A stretch of DNA of 64,000 bases from Chrysomallon squamiferum. Lineage: Eukaryota; Animalia; Mollusca. The stretch spans positions 26,412,001-26,476,000 of the forward strand of contig CM022677.1 of assembly GCA_012295275.1 (NCBI GenBank), read 5' to 3'. Under the pieces are notes generated by a model. The model saw nothing but the letters and a program-made list of their open reading frames with translations, was not told where the DNA came from and made no database searches. Positions 50,964-64,000 of this stretch are shown here, piece by piece (the stretch's first letter is position 1; every line of letters starts with the position of its first letter). Made by a program: the position numbers and the translations under genes.

Positions 50964-52302
50964 CTTCGTCTGTTGTGATGAACTGCAGCTAAGTCTGAAG
51001 ACGACGGCGGATTGAAGTTACTTTTATAGTAGAACATTTTAACTTTTACCTCAAACACCTGTTTTGTTCTCATTTTTAAACTTACTACTCCAAATTATTA
51101 TTAATCATTTATTAGTAATTATAAATTATGCAAATGAGTTTATGAACGAGGTTTTCATATAATTAAGCCATATAATTGTCACGTTCTAATCATTGAATTG
51201 TCAGTGATACAATAAAACTGACTATATAAACTTCTGTACGATCCTAGCCAAATTTTATTTACATCGAAACAGACAGGGTATTTCTGGAGCTAAATACCAG
51301 TGTACATGAAGATCGTCTGAGTAAACTTTTAAGTTTATAATATTTTTACTTTTTATGTACTTCTAAGTTATAACAGTCGGGTTTTATTATTTTATTTATT
51401 TATTTATTTATTTATTTTTTTTTTTTTGTACGTCTAAGTTATAAAATTGTTATAATATTCGTTTTTGTGTACGACAATGTTGTAATTTCTTTTTAGTATT
51501 CGTCTAAGTTATAATTATCTTTTTTTGTGTACGTCTAAGTTATAACTATCTTTTTTGTGTACGTCATAATTATAATCTTCTTATTTACTTTTTTTACCTC
51601 GAATTTATCATCTTCATTTTTGTGAACCTCTAAATTATAATCTTAATTTTGTTTACGTTTATAACGTTATAATATAGTTATAAGTTTTTTTTTTTTTTTT
51701 TCTTTTATGTTGGCCGTATTAGTGTAAATAAATTTGATCAACTCAGTCTTTTAGAATATTTTGCGCCAATGCATCTGTGTGAGGAATGATTTATTTTGAC
51801 TCTTTCTTTACACGATTTCTACTGTTAAAAAAATTAAATTTTTAATATTTTCGTATTATTACCACCAGGTACTTTTTAATTAACTGAAAGAAAGAGATAG
51901 AACAACAGATTCAAAACATACTGTAATACTCTTGTCATTCTGATATAATAGCTATGCAGACATTTTCTGTAATGTGCACATAATTGAAAGTACACGTGAA
52001 TATTCTACGAAATTTTCAAGTGCAGTGTCTTTAGATAATAGAGACAATTACTAATACACACAATATTCGGTATTATATACTTGGGCTTTCGACAATGAAA
52101 CTAAGTCTTTAGACGAAAAAAACAGTATGCTAATTAATAAAAAAAAAATATTCGTCCGATCAGAAAGCAGGAATATAAGATTCGTTTTTTCAGTATCTTT
52201 GGCAACAGACACACACACACGCACATGCACAACATACACATGCACATACACACACACACATACAGATACACTCACACACACTCACACTCACACACACACA
52301 CG

Positions 52303-52339
<37 letters not shown>

Positions 52340-52628
52340 AGTAGACATCATTTTTTCTAATGAAATGATTGATCAGTGTTATGCATGTTTTGATGAAGAA
52401 TCAATTGATATGTTCATTACAATGCTGACAGCGTTGTTATCTGGGATCAATAGGTGATTTCACTTCTTTACTGGACTGGACAAGTCTTTCTTCTGGGTAT
52501 ATTTAAGTTTATACAAACACACGTACACGTGAATACAGATGTCTAGCTTAATTATTACTCTTATATTGATGTCGGTGACATTGTTGTTGTTGTTTTTTTA
52601 GTTGCTAAGAATGTATCTTGTTATTGTG

Positions 52629-52691
<63 letters not shown>

Positions 52692-53116
52692 GTTGTTGTT
52701 GTTGTTGTTGTTGTTGTTTTTGATATATATATATATATATTTTTTTTTTTTTAATAAATACTGAGAATAGTAGTAGTTGTAGTTGTTGTTGTAAATAGAT
52801 GCGGCAGCAGGAACAGTTATAGTAGTAATAACTGGTGTATTAATGGACTGTTATTAGCAGTAGTAGTTATTGCTGTTGTAGTTGTAGCAGTAAATTTCAT
52901 ATTTTATTCTTCTATTCTTCATTATTAATGAAATTAGTAAATTAAAAAAAAAACGAAAAATTGCCGTAATATAACAATAAATGAGTAATGTAATAAAGTG
53001 TCATAAAAATTCCATAAGAAGATTTTAATATTACACTGAACTGTGTAGCATAGAATAGATTAGGATAGTATAGTACAGTACAAAATAGTATAGTACAGTT
53101 TAGTATAGTATACATA

Positions 53117-53157
<41 letters not shown>

Positions 53158-54247
53158 AGTGTGGTGCAGTGTAGATAGTGTAGTATAGCAGAGTGTAGAG
53201 TACTGTTGTTTGGTGTAATACAGCTTAGTAAGGTTAAGTGTAGTGTAATGTTGTATAGTGCAGATTAGTGTTGTATAGTATACGACAGGCGATATGAAAA
53301 TCTATTTACTGACAGCAGAATTCATTCTGTTTTGGGCTGGAAATGTAAGAGTGTAAATTTGGCTTCCGATTACAAATATTAATATAGAAGACAAGTTTAA
53401 AATCATTTTCAATACTTTTTAAATTTTATTATTATTACTATTATTATTATTATTGTGTTGTTGTTGTTGTTGCTGCTGCTGTTTTCTTAGTTGTCGGTGT
53501 TGTTTGCTGTTGTTGTCGTTCTAATATTATCATCATTACTACTACTACTACAACCACTACTACTATTACTACTACTACTACTACTATTATTATTATTAAT
53601 TTTTGTTCTATTTTTTGTTTTTACTTCTTTATTTTAATGAATATGAACAAATTGCATACTCATTGTCTATCTTTAAGTTTAGTTATCATTAAAAAATTCT
53701 AATATTTTTTTCTTGTTTATAAAAGATAATCAAGGCTCACTACGTTAGAGCAAGAACCTGTTGTTGCTGTTTATAAAATACGCTTTGTTTGTTCTGAGAA
53801 TAGATTGAAAAACGACAAAACCTTGAACGAAATATTCCACACCTGACTCAGCCGGTTACGTGGGAACTGTTACAGATGGTGTGAATATTCGATTGTACAT
53901 TCCAGCGAGAAGAAGAAGCACAAAAGATTAAAACTGTCAGGAGTTCGTGTGACTGTTTGTTGTGTCAGTGGTAACGAGTGTTTCCGGAATCATTAGATTT
54001 CTTTGAGACAAAGTGTTAAGTTGTCTAACTGTCTCATTGAAACAAAAATCTATTGTCTCCTTCTGCTTTCTTCTCTCAAAGATGTTTTTGTTTAGATGTA
54101 TAAAGATTATTTCGATTTTAGATGTATAAATAGAAATTATTGAATTAAAAAAGAAAAAAACAAAGAATAAATAGAAATAATTTGTAAAAGAAAGAAATAA
54201 AACTAAAACTAGCTAAGTTAAATCATTATTTATAAATAATTTAGTGT

Positions 54248-54349
<102 letters not shown>

Positions 54350-54809
54350 TAACATTATGATAATTCCCTGTTTACGGATGTTCTGTTTTAAAAAAAATCG
54401 CCTCTTGCATATATATTTATATAGTTATTGATTAATTGATTTAATTCTATTATCTATATTTTATCATCATCAACATCATCATCATTTTGTTGTTGTCATC
54501 GTCGTTGTTGTTGTTGTTGTTTGGACACAATCTCTCCGTTGTATTTATGCTGTAAATGTAAAAAAAAAAAGAAGCATGCTCTTTTACTCGATAACAAAAA
54601 GCTATTAAGCCTAACTGCTTCCATTATTATTATTTAGTAGGTGCAATATAAATCATTACCGTCCTGTGCATTATGGCTAATATAAACACAGCCGCGTGTT
54701 ATCCTACACTGTGAAATTAAAACCGTGTAACGCCTCTCTGACTCGCTGAGGCGTAACTCAATACATACCACCGGAACACTGGTCTATTCTTCAGAACAGA
54801 CGTGACAGA

Positions 54810-54930
54810 TGAATGGTCCAATAGGCTTACGAGCAAAAAAAACAAGGCAAGAGCCAATCGTTAGCGGTGTAATGTTAGTCACGTGACAGACCGACCGGTC
54901 AAACTTGGCATGTCTATAATTGTAATATAA
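54810..54930 (+). promoter_or_regulatory. Candidate promoter of the lectin gene (2x CCAAT, palindromic GTCACGTGAC E-box, TATA-like)
   Basis: CCAAT at ~54818 and ~54854, GTCACGTGAC at 54878-54887 and CTATAAT at ~54914, all 130-230 nt upstream of the first in-frame ATG. It could instead be a repeat fragment. Confidence 0.4.
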
Positions 54931-55047
54931 TTCTTGATTTATTTAAACCTGGTGGGATATGGTTGAATTTTTCAATCATTATAAAATAAAAGTTATAAAA
55001 ATAAATAAATAAATAAATAAATAAGTAAATAAATAAGTAAATACATA

Positions 55048-62472
<7,425 letters not shown>

Positions 62473-62492
62473 TGATCTGCGACAATCTTTTT

Positions 62493-62547
<55 letters not shown>

Positions 62548-62738
62548 TAATAAAGATGATAATGATGATGTGGATGGTGATGAACAGAAGACAAGAACGA
62601 CATTCTTACTAATTTAAAAGAGAGTGATACCTAAGGGAGATAATCCTTATAAATAACAATGAATAGTAACGATCAGACTTAAGCTGAAAAGCCAAGCAAA
62701 AAATAAAGTCAGTACTATTATTATTATTATTATTACAG

Positions 62739-62831
<93 letters not shown>

Positions 62832-62911
62832 ACAAATTGTCTTTTTAATATAATCTTAAAATTCGAAATACTTTTTTAATAATATATAATGTATTTGAGG
62901 TATTCTTAATT

Positions 62912-62968
<57 letters not shown>

Positions 62969-63427
62969 ATTATTATTATATATTTTTAAAATGTATTTAT
63001 CTTTTACTCTCTCTCATGATCAGATTTACTGAATTTTATTTTTAATAAAGTATTTAATTGTATTTGTGTTAAATAATTGTTTTTTATTTTATTAATATTC
63101 ATGTTCAAATTAATATTGCCACCAGCAGCATACCTCTAATACAAATGTCAATCAAAAAATATTTTGAAACGTAATAAAAATAAAATTAAAAATAAAAAAA
63201 AAGCAAAGAAGAAAATATTAAATGATTATGCAGACTAAACTGTAACGTGTACACGTATGTAGATATACGTGTCTGTTTTTGTGTATGAGTGCGTGCGAGT
63301 GAGTTACCTTTCAGAATTCTTTGCCCTTTAACAAGTTTGTCCATTTTAACGCAGTGTCCGGTGTCCAGAAAAACAAGAAAGGAATATAGCGGAAAATACG
63401 AATACTGTATTTAGATAGTCATAAATC

Positions 63428-63770
63428 TGTGTATGTGTGTGTGTATTTGTGTGTGTCTGTATATGTGTTTGTCTGTGTATGTGTGTGTGTATTTGTGTGT
63501 GTCTGTATATGTGTGTGTCTGTGTATGTGTGTGTGTGTATGTATGTGTGTCTGTGTGTGTGTGTGTGTGTCTGTGTATGTGTATTTGTGTGTGTCTGTAT
63601 ATGTGTTTGTCTGTGTATGTGTGTTTCTCTTTGTGTGTGTGTCTCTGTGTATGTGTGTGTGTGTATGTGTGTGTCTGTGTATATGTGTGTGTCTGTGTAT
63701 GTGTGTGTGTCTGTATATGTATGTGTGTCTGTGTGTGTGTGTGTGTGTGTGTGTCTGTATTTGTGTGTGT
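63428..63770. repeat. Imperfect (TG)n microsatellite
   Basis: Directly visible. Confidence 0.95.
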
Positions 63771-64000
63771 TTAGGAATAGTTATTCTACTGTACATCTGA
63801 CACAGGTAATATTTATGAAGACTCTGGCACAAAAGTCAAAACGTGAGATGATGCACATTATACACCACCAGCTCACTGTGAAATCATTCATTTTGTTGTT
63901 GTTGTCTTGTTTTTGTTTTTTTTGTTTTTTTAAGCTGTCCCAGTGTCTGCAATTTTGATGTTGTGTATGCAGCTCAGTTTGCGATATGTTAATTTAGTTT

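Noticed and set aside
52375-52500. Complex-sequence island that might be a small exon
   Set aside because: The frames examined contain stops or lack a compatible partner exon or recognisable motif.

Overview
AT-rich, microsatellite-dense eukaryotic DNA with short spliceosomal (GT-AG) introns. It is probably from a mollusc, possibly a gastropod; this is inferred from gene content only. Gene models were built by hand with splice-phase checks. In order: (1) LSM7 (-, 5330-7996); (2) a 3-exon Ser/Thr-rich single-pass membrane protein (-, 10423-12244); (3) a type I membrane protein with three TSP1 repeats (-, 15835-20855); (4) a ~30 kb cluster of 6-exon S1 serine proteases with a non-trypsin pocket, comprising five intact copies, one C-terminally frameshifted copy, one decayed pseudogene and four orphan exon-6 fragments; (5) a C-type lectin + PAN/apple-like + mucin-stalk membrane protein (+, 55048-62472). 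Main observations: the genes at 10.4 kb and 55-62 kb share an ungapped 56-aa juxtamembrane/TM module (31/56 identical), and the first looks like a paralog lacking the lectin head. Four unrelated intronic minisatellites each replicate a splice signal beside a real exon. The proteases are exon-level mosaics in two activation-site classes and may carry an extra disulfide. Most ORFs in the supplied track are microsatellite artefacts. No RNA genes or CRISPR arrays were seen.
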